Source: a bacterium (GTDB lineage Bacteria; CG03). Taken from it: a stretch of DNA of 64,000 nucleotides. The stretch is taken from positions 56,090 through 120,089 of the forward strand of contig JBDRRS010000003.1 in the NCBI GenBank assembly GCA_043825615.1, in the 5' to 3' direction. The notes under the pieces are model-generated. The model did no database searches, was not told where the DNA came from, and saw only the letters and a list, made by a program, of their open reading frames with translations. A program made the position numbers and the translations under genes. Of this stretch, positions 55,047 to 64,000 are shown one piece after another; positions within the stretch are counted from its first letter, which is position 1, and every line of letters starts with the position of its first letter.

Positions 55047-55835
55047 ATGAGAATTTACAAACTGGCGGATAAGTTGAATATACCGTCGAAAGAAGTTCTG
55101 AAAATCGCAAAAAAGTTAAAGATGAGAAAGAAATACGCCGTTTCAACGCTGACCGTCGAGCAGGAGAAAAAAATCAGAGCGACGGCGTTAAAAGCGAAAA
55201 AAAATAAAAAAATGGAGAAAGAAATTAAAAGGAAGAATAAGATTTTGAAAGTCGCCGCGCCTGTAAAAAAAATGCCCGCTTCGCCCGTCAGATTGCCTAA
55301 AAAACCGGCTCCTCCGAGAAAGGTTTTTGTGGATACGGGTCCGAGCCTTCCGGAAGGTTACGGGAAAGATATGTTCTTTATTCTTCCTAAAGACCCTTCC
55401 GTCATCTTCGCCTGCTGGGAACTGAATAAAAAGATTGAAGGCAGTATGCAGATAAGGGTTTATGAAGTTACGGGCGGTAAAGATAAAACCTGTTTTGATA
55501 TTTCAATAAATCCGGACGCAAACAACTGGTATATAAAAGTTCCGTGGTCAGGGGCGAAATACAGGGCGGAACTGGGCGTGATTACGAACGGCAGGTTTAT
55601 CCGGCTCCTTTCTTCAAATACGATTCTGGTCCCGCGCGCCGGTATTTCCGACGATGTGGACGAGGAATGGATGATTGTCAAGGAAGACCTTCAGAAAATA
55701 ATCAGAGACACGGGACTCGGTAAGGCATCACGCAGCAGTTTAAGGAAAGCGCAGGGGTATCTCAAGAGCGTTTTAGGTATGCTGAGAATGAGGGCGCCGG
55801 GCAGTTCTTCTCACATGCCGAAAAAACAGAAATAG
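55047..55835 (+). CDS. DUF4912-like protein with N-terminal IF2-N-like helix-hairpin and a K-rich linker
   Basis: MRIYKLADKLNIPSKEVLKIAKKL. C-terminal FILPKDPSVIFACWEL ... NWYIKVPWSGAKYRAELG. It sits next to the GH57 genes, as DUF4912 often does. Confidence 0.5.
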   Translation: MRIYKLADKLNIPSKEVLKIAKKLKMRKKYAVSTLTVEQEKKIRATALKAKKNKKMEKEIKRKNKILKVAAPVKKMPASPVRLPKKPAPPRKVFVDTGPSLPEGYGKDMFFILPKDPSVIFACWELNKKIEGSMQIRVYEVTGGKDKTCFDISINPDANNWYIKVPWSGAKYRAELGVITNGRFIRLLSSNTILVPRAGISDDVDEEWMIVKEDLQKIIRDTGLGKASRSSLRKAQGYLKSVLGMLRMRAPGSSSHMPKKQK

Positions 55836-55893
55836 TATAAATCGGATGCCCCTAATTTGAATTATTCACACTATGAGTAAAAGTCATGCATGT

Positions 55894-56010
55894 TGTCATT
55901 GCGAGGCGCAGCCGCGGCAATCCGCGAAGCGTTGCGAGGGCGTAGCCCGTGGCAATCTGGATTGCTTTACGGAGTTTACACTGAGTGTAACGAATGTGTT
56001 CGCAATGACA
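55894..56010. repeat. 117-nt inverted-repeat-bounded spacer element (MITE-like)
   Basis: Terminal inverted repeats TGTCATTGCGA (55894-55904) / TCGCAATGACA (56000-56010). Internal direct repeat ttgcgagg.g.agcc.g.ggcaatc x2. Internal hairpin ttacac-tgag-gtgtaa (55975-55990). Confidence 0.55.
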
Positions 56011-56056
56011 AGAAGAATATGAATAATGCGGGCAACCGTTCAGCGCCCGTGAGTAA

Positions 56057-57634
56057 ATGACAAAGGGTTATCTCTGTCTCGTTCTTCACGCTCATCTGCC
56101 GTTTATCAGGCATCCGGAATTTGAGGATTTTCTTGAAGAGGACTGGTTTTACGAAGCGATAACGGAAACATATATCCCGCTGCTCCTTATGATGGAGCGC
56201 CTGGAAAAAGAAGGGCTCAATTTTCGCCTGACGATGTCCATAACGCCTCCTCTCGCCGGAATGCTGACGGATTCTCTTCTCCAGCAAAGGTATTCGAAAT
56301 ATCTGTCGAATCTTGAGACCCTTGCCGAAAAAGAAACGTTCAGGATAAAAAGTAAACCGCAGTTCGGGGCGACGCTGGATCTTTACAAGGAGAGGTTCAG
56401 CTCCTGCAGGAAAATTTACGCGCGTTACGGGGGAAACCTTTTAAAAGGTTTTAAACACTTTCAGGACAGGGGTTTTCTCGAAATAATAACCTGCGCGGGA
56501 ACTCACGGTTTCCTGCCGCTGATGGCAAGCCGCAAAAACCAGCGCGCCCAGGTGCGGATGGCGGTTTCCGACTACTTTATGAAATTCGGGAAAAAACCGA
56601 GGGGGATATGGCTTGCCGAATGCGGTTACACCGATGGCGTGGACGAGCTCCTCGGGGAAAACGGCATCAGGTACTTTTTTACCGACACGCACGGGGTTCT
56701 TTACGGGCGCCCGCGGCCGAAATACGCCGTGTATGCGCCTGTCTTCTGCCCGTCGGGAGTTGCCGTTTTCGCAAGGGACGTTGAGTCGTCAATGCAGGTT
56801 TGGAGCGCCGAAGCCGGATACCCCGGCGATTACAGATACAGAGAATTTTACCGGGATGCCGGGTATGACCTTCCGTATGATTACATAAAACCCCATCTTC
56901 ACAGGGACGGCGTCCGGAGAAACGTCGGCATAAAATATTACCGGATTACCGGCAGGGTTCCTTTGAATAAAAAAGAACCTTACGACCCCGGCCCGGCGAG
57001 CGAAGCGGCTTTAACGCATGCGAAGCATTTCATTTTTTGCAGGGAAAGACAGTGCGAGTATTTGAATTCGGTTCTGGACCGCGAGCCGCTTATTGTTTGT
57101 CCGTATGACGCCGAACTCTACGGGCACTGGTGGTGGGAAGGGCCCGAATTTCTTTATTTTCTTTTCAGGGAACTTGCGAGGCAGGATACGGTGAAACCGG
57201 TGACGCCGTCCTGGTATCTGGAGAAATTTCCGCAGCTGCAGGTTCTTGAGCCGTGCCCGTCGACGTGGGGAGACAAGGGCTTCAATGAGGTGTGGCTCAA
57301 CAAGACAAACGACTGGATTTACAGGCATCTCAATTATGCAGGGGAGAAAATGGCGGAAATGGCTGAAAAGTTTCCGGACGCATCGGGGATAAAAGAAATG
57401 ATTTTAAACCAGATGGCGAGGGAACTGATGCTCGCCGAGTCATCCGACTGGGCTTTTATTATGACGGCCGGAACGACTGTCCCGTACGCCCACAAAAGGA
57501 CAAAAACGCATCTTAATAATTTTCTTACTTTTCTGAAAATGCTTGAAAGTGACTGCGTGGACGGGAACTTTTTGAAGATGTGCGCGGAAAGGAACAACAT
57601 ATTCCCGCAGATGGATTACAGGATATATAGATGA
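56057..57634 (+). CDS. GH57 family 1,4-alpha-glucan branching enzyme-like (GH57 plus DUF1957)
   Basis: YLCLVLHAHLPFIRHPE. WLAECGY is the nucleophile Glu region. PYDAELYGHWWWEG is the acid/base Asp region. Confidence 0.85.
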   Translation: MTKGYLCLVLHAHLPFIRHPEFEDFLEEDWFYEAITETYIPLLLMMERLEKEGLNFRLTMSITPPLAGMLTDSLLQQRYSKYLSNLETLAEKETFRIKSKPQFGATLDLYKERFSSCRKIYARYGGNLLKGFKHFQDRGFLEIITCAGTHGFLPLMASRKNQRAQVRMAVSDYFMKFGKKPRGIWLAECGYTDGVDELLGENGIRYFFTDTHGVLYGRPRPKYAVYAPVFCPSGVAVFARDVESSMQVWSAEAGYPGDYRYREFYRDAGYDLPYDYIKPHLHRDGVRRNVGIKYYRITGRVPLNKKEPYDPGPASEAALTHAKHFIFCRERQCEYLNSVLDREPLIVCPYDAELYGHWWWEGPEFLYFLFRELARQDTVKPVTPSWYLEKFPQLQVLEPCPSTWGDKGFNEVWLNKTNDWIYRHLNYAGEKMAEMAEKFPDASGIKEMILNQMARELMLAESSDWAFIMTAGTTVPYAHKRTKTHLNNFLTFLKMLESDCVDGNFLKMCAERNNIFPQMDYRIYR

Positions 57635-57715
57635 ATGCTCGTGAGATAGAGCAAATGGTTTCCTTTGGAGGGGGTAACAGCAAGTGAGTATTCCGAAGGA
57701 ATGCGAGCGAGCGCA

Positions 57716-57737
57716 AAAGGGGGAAACTGCCCCCTTT
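57716..57737 (+). terminator. Strong hairpin between the two GH57 genes (AAAGGGGG-6nt-CCCCCTTT)
   Basis: A perfect 8-bp stem with no clear U-tract. Confidence 0.3.
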
Positions 57738-57780
57738 GAGCACATAGCAATCGAGTATTATGTGCGGGAGAATAAGTATA

Positions 57781-60087
57781 ATGGCTGAAAGGTTTGTAAT
57801 TTTCCACGGGCATTTTTACCAGCCGCCGAGGGTGAATCCCTGGCTCGGGAAAGTGCTTCAGCAGGACTCCGCCGAGCCGCTGCACGACTGGAATGAAAGA
57901 ATTTTTACCGAATGTTACCAGCCGAATACCGGCGCGAGGGTTATGGACGATAAAGGTCTTACCGTGGATGTCGTAAACAATTTTGAATTCATGTCGTTTA
58001 ATTTCGGAGCGCTCCTCGCGGACTGGTTTCAGAAAAAACACTCTTTCACGTGGGATAAAATAAAAAAAGCGGACGCCGCCTCAAAAGAACGCCTGGGGTC
58101 CGGCAACGCGCTCGCCTGCGCGTACAGCCACACAATTATCCCGCTTGATTTGCCGCTCATAAGGAAAACGGACATTCTATGGGGGCTGAAGGCGTTTGAG
58201 GAAAGTTTCGGCCGTCCGTCGGAAGCCCTGTGGCTCCCCGAGACAGCCGTTAACCGCGGCGTGATAGACGATCTGATAGCCCGTAATTTAAAGTATGTTT
58301 TTCTCGTGGCCTCGCAGATTCAGTCGGCGCGGCTGATAAACGGGCGTCACGAAATAGATTTATCCTCGGGCAACATAGACACGCGCTACCCGTATAAAAT
58401 AACGACGGAGAAAGGTTCCATAACCTGTTTTGTAGGCCACCCCGGAATTTCGCATGCCGCCTGTTTTGAAAATCTTATGAAGGACTCTAAAACGGCCGCC
58501 GATATGATTGAGAGTTCCTTCTCGCAGAAGACGCGTCACGACCAGGTTATTGTCGTTCTGTTCGACGGCGAAACATTCGGCCACCACCAGCCGTTCGCCG
58601 AAAGAGGGCTCGCCCACCTTTTGAAATATGAACTGCCGAAGAGAGGGATAAAAGTCGTAAACCCCGCATATATCCGGAAATTAATCCCTGCCGAATGGGA
58701 AATAAAAATAAAAGACGGGCGGGAAGGTGAAGGAACTTCGTGGTCCTGCGCTCACGGGCTCGGCAGGTGGCGCGAGGACTGCGGCTGCGGGAAAAAACAC
58801 AATTTTACGCAGGCGTGGCGCGGCCCGTTAAGAGATGCCTTCAATTTCGTCGCCGGAAAGACGTCGGGGCTTTACGAGAAAAAAATAAGCGGGTTTTTAA
58901 AGGACGCTGATTCGGCGCTGGAAAATTACCCGAGGATTCTTGACAATTTTTCAAAAACGGACGGATTTATCGGCGAATTCCAGAAAAAGGAACTCACTTT
59001 TTCCGAGAAACAATATGTGCTGAATCTTTTTGAAATGCTCAGGCAGACGCTTTTTACGTTTACGTCCTGCGGCTGGTTCTGGGCGGAAATAAGCGGCATC
59101 GAGACGGTGCAGAATATGGCTTTCGCCGCCCGGGCAATTGAGATTTACAAAAAACTCACGGGAGAAGATATAGAACCGGAGTTTCTGAAAATCCTTAAAA
59201 AAGCCCCTTCAAACGCTGATTTTTCCGACGGAGCAGACGTTTTCAAACAGTGTGCGGCGACCCAGAAAGAAAGTATTTTCACGTTTGTTGCGGGGGAGAT
59301 TATGCAGGAAATCGCATCGGGCCTCGCCCGGCCGCAGGCGCTGGAGCACTCCTTCTTTCACCTTTTTATTGATACCGGAAAGAAAACGGCTGAATTTTTT
59401 CAAAAGATAAACGAAGAAAAAATGTTTTTTGAATATGAAATAGTGGACAGTGATTTCCCGTTTGAAATTAAACTTAAAAGCGGCGAGCTCGCGCGCAATT
59501 TTACGGTGGACAATATTTTCGGCGAAGCGAGATACAGCATAATGAACGAGTTCTGGCTGAAAAAAATCGTTGAACTGAAAGATACGTATAACCTGCTGCT
59601 CGACCATTATCTTGAGTTTGAAAGCGTTTACCGGCTGTTCGGAAAACCGATCAAGGAAATAGAGCCGGTAATAGCGAAGGTCCTGATGTTCCAGCTTCTT
59701 GAAATTGAAGAATTCAGCAATCTTAAGAAAATACCCGTCGTCAGGTCTCTCGTGCAGATTGTGAAGGAACACAATTTGAATCTGGACGGTTTCTATACGC
59801 GGCAGTGTCTTCAGGATGCGCTCAACAAAGAGGTAAACAAGTTTATTATCGGGGACTTTTCAAAGGTTGAGTTTTTAAAACTTCTTTTTGATATTTATTT
59901 TCTGCTTTCTTACCGTGAAAAGGAAAACATTTATCACTCTATAATTTTTGATTCAGTCAGGGACAGGGCAGGCGAAATATCAAAACTGAGTGCGCCGCAG
60001 AAACGCAACCTGCGCGAAATCTGCGAGGCATTCCATATAAATCCCGACATTGCCAGGAACCATCCTTTAAAACCTGCTATAAATTAG
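57781..60087 (+). CDS. GH57 catalytic domain protein with long DUF3536-like C-terminal region
   Basis: Motifs FVIFHGHFYQPPR, LWLPETAV and LFDGETFGHH. I chose the start at the internal ATG 57781. Confidence 0.8.
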   Translation: MAERFVIFHGHFYQPPRVNPWLGKVLQQDSAEPLHDWNERIFTECYQPNTGARVMDDKGLTVDVVNNFEFMSFNFGALLADWFQKKHSFTWDKIKKADAASKERLGSGNALACAYSHTIIPLDLPLIRKTDILWGLKAFEESFGRPSEALWLPETAVNRGVIDDLIARNLKYVFLVASQIQSARLINGRHEIDLSSGNIDTRYPYKITTEKGSITCFVGHPGISHAACFENLMKDSKTAADMIESSFSQKTRHDQVIVVLFDGETFGHHQPFAERGLAHLLKYELPKRGIKVVNPAYIRKLIPAEWEIKIKDGREGEGTSWSCAHGLGRWREDCGCGKKHNFTQAWRGPLRDAFNFVAGKTSGLYEKKISGFLKDADSALENYPRILDNFSKTDGFIGEFQKKELTFSEKQYVLNLFEMLRQTLFTFTSCGWFWAEISGIETVQNMAFAARAIEIYKKLTGEDIEPEFLKILKKAPSNADFSDGADVFKQCAATQKESIFTFVAGEIMQEIASGLARPQALEHSFFHLFIDTGKKTAEFFQKINEEKMFFEYEIVDSDFPFEIKLKSGELARNFTVDNIFGEARYSIMNEFWLKKIVELKDTYNLLLDHYLEFESVYRLFGKPIKEIEPVIAKVLMFQLLEIEEFSNLKKIPVVRSLVQIVKEHNLNLDGFYTRQCLQDALNKEVNKFIIGDFSKVEFLKLLFDIYFLLSYREKENIYHSIIFDSVRDRAGEISKLSAPQKRNLREICEAFHINPDIARNHPLKPAIN

Positions 60088-60136
60088 TGGAAAATCGGGT
60101 CACCGCTATTTTTTCATGAGAATACAGTTAAAAAAA

Positions 60137-61288
60137 TCAGAAGTGACCCATTTTCCAATACTTTATTTGCGCAAGAGGAATTACCGTAATATTTTTACGT
60201 AATTTATACAATTGTTTACCGGGGTATACAATCCAGAGGTGGGAAAGGGATAAATCGTTAATACTTGTATGCATTGACCTGGTAAGCTTTGGAGAATCAC
60301 TGTATTTAAATTCTACGCCCCAGTTCCTGCCGTTATCCTGCCAGAAGAGGTCAATTTCTGCTCCGGCATGAGTATTCCAGAAATAAAAATCTTCATTGCG
60401 TTTTCCTATGGCTCTTATAACGCATTCCAGGGAAAATCCTTCCCATGAAGCCCCAAGTTTGTTGTACGTAAGTATTTGCTTGTGGGTTTCTATTGAGTTT
60501 AATGAATGAAAAATGCCGGAATCCCTGATGTAAATCTTCGGCCGCTTTACAAGCCGTTTGCTTATATTTATATGCCATGGCTGCAGTACCCGCAGCATCA
60601 TTGTGTGCTCTAAAATGTCAATGTATTTTTTTACGGTAAAATCAGAGATACCGAAAGACCTTCCGATTTCAGAATAATTGATGACCTGTCCATGATAATG
60701 GCTCAGCATTATCCAGAACCGCCTCAGGGTATTTGCCGGTATGCTTATACCAAGCTGAGGGATGTCTCTCTCAAGAAACGTGCTGATATAATTTGTAATC
60801 CATAAAAAACTCTCGCCGTCTGAGCGGGCAAGATAAGCTCTCGGAAATCCGCCCCTTAACCATATCTTCTTGATATTAGATGAACCGATATCGGATATTC
60901 TAAATCCCCCCAGATAGTAATATCCTATTCTTCCGGCAAGAGATTCTGAGCTCTGTTTCATCAGGTCACCGGAAGCGCTTCCGAGAATAAGGTATTTTTG
61001 TTTTGGATTACTGTCAACAAGATATCTTATTAAATTAAACAGGTCCGGCTTGCGCTGGATTTCATCAATTATAATCAATCCTTCCAAATCTTCTAATGCC
61101 AGTTGAGGATTATCCAGCACGGTCATGTCCCGCGGATTCTCTAAATCAAAATAGTGATTATAGGCGAGTTGTTTTGCGATAAATGTTTTTCCTGATTGCC
61201 TCGGCCCCAGTATTGCAGTTACAGGAAAAATTGAAATATATTTTTTAATACTAGAATTATCCGCCGGTCTTTTTATATTTTTTTTCAT
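60137..61288 (-). CDS. COG1373-type ATPase (AAA_14 plus DUF4143), second copy
   Basis: Walker A GPRQSGKTFIAKQ and Walker B IIIDEIQ. The C-terminus reads WNTHAGAEIDLFWQ...WGVEFKYS. The ORF opens at 61312. Confidence 0.8.
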   Translation of the reverse strand: MKKNIKRPADNSSIKKYISIFPVTAILGPRQSGKTFIAKQLAYNHYFDLENPRDMTVLDNPQLALEDLEGLIIIDEIQRKPDLFNLIRYLVDSNPKQKYLILGSASGDLMKQSSESLAGRIGYYYLGGFRISDIGSSNIKKIWLRGGFPRAYLARSDGESFLWITNYISTFLERDIPQLGISIPANTLRRFWIMLSHYHGQVINYSEIGRSFGISDFTVKKYIDILEHTMMLRVLQPWHINISKRLVKRPKIYIRDSGIFHSLNSIETHKQILTYNKLGASWEGFSLECVIRAIGKRNEDFYFWNTHAGAEIDLFWQDNGRNWGVEFKYSDSPKLTRSMHTSINDLSLSHLWIVYPGKQLYKLRKNITVIPLAQIKYWKMGHF

Positions 61289-61381
61289 AATATGAATGTA
61301 GTAAAATAACATTGAAATGTCAAGTTCATTATCAGAAATATCAATGTTAAAAAAGCGCCGGACCTATGTTCGCCGGATAGA

Positions 61382-62077
61382 TTAATCTGTTTTTTCGAAC
61401 TGGTCTTTGCCGACCCCGCAGACGGGACACACCCAGTCGTCGGGCAGACTTTCAAAAGAAGTTCCCGGATTTATTCCCGAATCGGAATCTCCTTTTTCAG
61501 GGTCGTATATATACCCGCAGACAGTGCATTTGTACTTTGACATCTTCTTTTCCTCCTTAGGTTTTTCTCCCCCCTCTTTAACATAGGTGGGCGCCGCGGG
61601 AGGGGCTTTACCGTTTTTTACCCGGTGATAATAGGCGTAGGTCATCGGCTCCCCCTCTTTTATCGTCTGCGCATCAACAATTTTTCCTATAAAAACAGTA
61701 TGCGTTCCCGCATCCGTACTTCCTGTTATTTCACATTCCAGATATGCCAGACAGTTCCGGATAACGACGGGCGCGCCGGTTATTCCCTTTTTATATTCGA
61801 TATCCCTGAATTTATCGGTATCTCTGCCGGATTTGAACCCGAACCGCCCGATAAATTCCACAGGCGTATCCCGCTCTAAAATAGATACGGAAAAAACTTT
61901 GCTTTTTTGAATAAACCGGTGGGTCAGATTCTGCTTGTTTATGCAAACAGCCAGTTGGGAAGGTTCTGCTGTCACCTGAAACACGGTATTGGCAATCTGC
62001 CCGTTATATTTATCCGCCTCGACGGAACTTACAACATACAAGCCGTAACTGATTTTAAAAAAAACTTTTTTGTCCAT
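61382..62077 (-). CDS. Flavin reductase-like domain fused to C-terminal rubredoxin (high-molecular-weight rubredoxin type)
   Basis: N-terminal SYGLYVVSS...[13 protein letters not shown]-terminal [16 protein letters not shown]...DDWVCPVCG. Confidence 0.8.
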   Translation of the reverse strand: MDKKVFFKISYGLYVVSSVEADKYNGQIANTVFQVTAEPSQLAVCINKQNLTHRFIQKSKVFSVSILERDTPVEFIGRFGFKSGRDTDKFRDIEYKKGITGAPVVIRNCLAYLECEITGSTDAGTHTVFIGKIVDAQTIKEGEPMTYAYYHRVKNGKAPPAAPTYVKEGGEKPKEEKKMSKYKCTVCGYIYDPEKGDSDSGINPGTSFESLPDDWVCPVCGVGKDQFEKTD

Positions 62078-62126
62078 ATTCCTCTCCTCGTACCCCGCTG
62101 CCCCATCCGGCGGTTGCGGGTAAGTT

Positions 62127-62705
62127 TTAAAATTTTACTTCAGGCGCTTCTTTCTTTTCAGGGGCCACTTCAAAATACGGCCTTGCATCGTTAAGGCCTT
62201 TTCTTGAAGCGAAGAAACTTCCGAACACTTCCCTGATGTAGGCGTTAAATGTCTTAACGTCACGGTTGTATCTTGTTCGCGCCACGGCTATCCTGTTCTC
62301 CGTCCCTGCCAGTTCGTCCTGCAGTTTCAGGAAATTTTCATTGGCTTTCAGCTTCGGGTAGTTCTCCACAATTACGAGAAGACGGGACAATGCGCCCTGA
62401 AGCTCCTTTGCAGCGTCTATTTTTGAGTTAAGGGAGCCGCCTTCTTTGATAAGGCCCGCAAGGCGCGCCCTTGCGTCAGCCACGTGAGTGAAAACTTTTT
62501 CTTCGTGTTTCGCGTAGCCCTTTACAGTATTTACCAGGTTGGGGATGAGGTCGTTTCTCCTGAGAAGCTGATTTTCTATCTCGGACCACGACTCGTTTAC
62601 CGTCTCGTCAAGTCTTACGACACGGTTCAACCCGCGGATGTACCATGAAATACCGGCGAGAAAAACAAATAAAACGCCTAAAACAACCCATGCCCACTTT
62701 TTCAT
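62127..62705 (-). CDS. lemA: LemA family protein
   Basis: N-terminal TM helix. [29 protein letters not shown]...[32 protein letters not shown]. Confidence 0.85.
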   Translation of the reverse strand: MKKWAWVVLGVLFVFLAGISWYIRGLNRVVRLDETVNESWSEIENQLLRRNDLIPNLVNTVKGYAKHEEKVFTHVADARARLAGLIKEGGSLNSKIDAAKELQGALSRLLVIVENYPKLKANENFLKLQDELAGTENRIAVARTRYNRDVKTFNAYIREVFGSFFASRKGLNDARPYFEVAPEKKEAPEVKF

Positions 62706-62733
62706 AATAAACCTTCCTTTAAACAAATATTTT

Positions 62734-63435
62734 CTACCACGAACCGCTCGCCCCTCCGCCTCCGGAAAGGCCTCCTCCAAACCCGCTGAAACCTCCGAAA
62801 CCTCCTCCTCCGCCGGAGTAGTAACCCCTGCCTCCCATAAACAAAAAAGGAAAAAAGAATAATCTTCCGCCGAGGATCAGGAATATTACTAATAAATTTA
62901 AAAGCAGGGTCAGCATTGACGGTCCTGCCGCCGCCCTCTCCGGGATTTTGTAATTTCCCGTCAGGCCGACATTCATCTCCTTCGCCATTATGGAGAGAAT
63001 AACAACAGCGCCCCGCAGGACGCCTTTGTCCATATCGCCTTTTTTAAAGTAAGGCAGGATGTCTTTTCTGATTATCTCGCCTGCAAGACCGTCCGGAAGC
63101 GCCCCTTCGAATCCATAACCCGTTTCAATGCGGAGTTTTCTCTCGTTCGGCGCAACCAGAAGAAGAACTCCGGTATCTTTGCCTTTTGCGCCGATGCCCC
63201 ATTTTTCGAAAATCTTCCAGGCGTAATCTTCAACGCTTGTTCCGTCCAGACTTTTAACGGTGACAACAGCCAGCTGCGCTCCGCTCTTCTGCTGGAGTTC
63301 GTAAGCGAGGCCGTGTATGATGTTTTTTGTTTCGGGTTTTACAATGCCTGCAAAGTCATTGACATAACCGGCGGGTTTCGGGAATGAAGCCCCGGCAGTC
63401 AGGAAGCAAAGCAGAATAAAAACCGCCCGTTTCAT
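62734..63435 (-). CDS. TPM-domain (YgcG-like) protein with TM helix and Gly-rich tail
   Basis: VNDFAGIV...AQLAVVTVKSLDG...GVLLLVAPNERKLRIETGYGFEGALPD. Tail GGGGGFGGFSGFGGG. Confidence 0.85.
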   Translation of the reverse strand: MKRAVFILLCFLTAGASFPKPAGYVNDFAGIVKPETKNIIHGLAYELQQKSGAQLAVVTVKSLDGTSVEDYAWKIFEKWGIGAKGKDTGVLLLVAPNERKLRIETGYGFEGALPDGLAGEIIRKDILPYFKKGDMDKGVLRGAVVILSIMAKEMNVGLTGNYKIPERAAAGPSMLTLLLNLLVIFLILGGRLFFFPFLFMGGRGYYSGGGGGFGGFSGFGGGLSGGGGASGSW

Positions 63436-63438
63436 TTT

Positions 63439-64000
63439 TTACCGCCCGCCCGTATCAAACCTGTCCGCAAGACCGGCAATCTCCTCTATTTTCTCATAAA
63501 AGTCATGAACAAGTTTTTTGAAGTCATCGGGTTTCGTTCCGTTTTTCCAGTTCAGAACATCTTTAAGCGGCTTTAAATCAACGCTGAATTTCTGCTGCAT
63601 ATTTTCAATTAAAACTGCGGGAGAAAACTGCCCGGAAATTCCGGATAATTCCAGAATACCCTCAAACCCCGCAAAGACATCTTCAAGAGCGAGAAAAGAA
63701 GCCCGGCTCAGGTTCCTCATATTTTTTCCGCTTTCAAGAATAACCTGCGTCAGCCGTATGAGCGCGCCTTTTATTTTCTGTTCACATTCCAGCCGGATAT
63801 TTTCGGAAGGAATCTCAAGTTTATCCAGAACGCTTTTTCCGTATAGGACCTTGAAAGACCGCTTCATTTTCAGGTATTCAAGAGGATACACGTCGCACGA
63901 TGTCTTTATATATTCCTCGGTCAGATAAAGAGGCACAATACCTTTGCTCTGCATTTTTCTTACGAGTTTTGAATTTTCAATCAGGTTATTGAAATTCAGT
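63439..64000 (-). CDS. Hypothetical protein, 3' part (reading frame stays open to the window edge)
   Basis: The frame upstream of the listed ATG (63954) remains open to nt 64000 (..LNFNNLIENSKLVRK-MQSKG). I recognise no diagnostic motif. Confidence 0.35.
   Translation of the reverse strand, partial: LNFNNLIENSKLVRKMQSKGIVPLYLTEEYIKTSCDVYPLEYLKMKRSFKVLYGKSVLDKLEIPSENIRLECEQKIKGALIRLTQVILESGKNMRNLSRASFLALEDVFAGFEGILELSGISGQFSPAVLIENMQQKFSVDLKPLKDVLNWKNGTKPDDFKKLVHDFYEKIEEIAGLADRFDTGGR

Noticed and set aside
1-64000. CRISPR arrays, rRNA genes, transposases/IS elements and prophage structural genes.
   Set aside because: I looked for regularly spaced direct repeats, rRNA-like sequence and DDE/HUH transposase motifs on both strands and found none. 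The only tandem repeats are intragenic WD40 and ankyrin units and very short spacer repeats.

Overview
This 64-kb window appears to come from an uncultivated diderm bacterium, judging by mlaEFD, a LolA-like gene and an OM beta-barrel-like gene. Nucleotides 1-60087 form one uninterrupted plus-strand gene run. Four to five minus-strand genes (60137-64000) converge on it.

Most of the window is housekeeping:
- polA and a cell-wall amidase
- dprA-topA-xerC, thpR, argD and a membrane pyrophosphatase
- rpsF-ssb-rpsR-DUF2232-rplI-dnaB and alr
- mlaE/F/D, radA-PIN/TRAM-ispD and infC
- tRNA-Arg(TCT) and tRNA-His(GTG)
- a three-subunit xanthine-dehydrogenase-family molybdoenzyme, with its mocA/xdhC maturation genes 10 kb away
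- rpsO-pnp, a BCCP-like gene, spoVG and uppP
- ftsK, a lolA-like gene, pgsA, pgpA and aspS
- a DUF4912/GH57/GH57 alpha-glucan cluster

The parts worth a second look are:
1. A low-GC accessory block at 1-7947. It holds a Fic protein, a receptor-like WD40 kinase with inverted topology, two paralogous zinc-ribbon/TM/TPR proteins (one with a DUF1566 lectin-like end), a COG1373 ATPase-nuclease and a zinc-ribbon kinase. It shows clear segmental duplication. This is my best candidate for an undescribed signalling or conflict system.
2. Two copies of a 33-nt palindromic element inserted in frame into surface loops of the second kinase.
3. A translationally coupled trio at 11677-14152: a metallophosphoesterase, a pseudokinase lacking the N-lobe, and a TPR/TM/HEAT protein.
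4. An AT-rich YhcG-type PD-(D/E)xK nuclease wedged into the dprA-topA junction.
5. Several families of short GC-rich palindromic repeats in spacers.
6. A GC-rich 259-nt spacer upstream of ftsK that looks like a structured RNA.

I saw no CRISPR array, rRNA, transposase or phage structural genes. All calls rest on motif recognition by eye; no searches were run.
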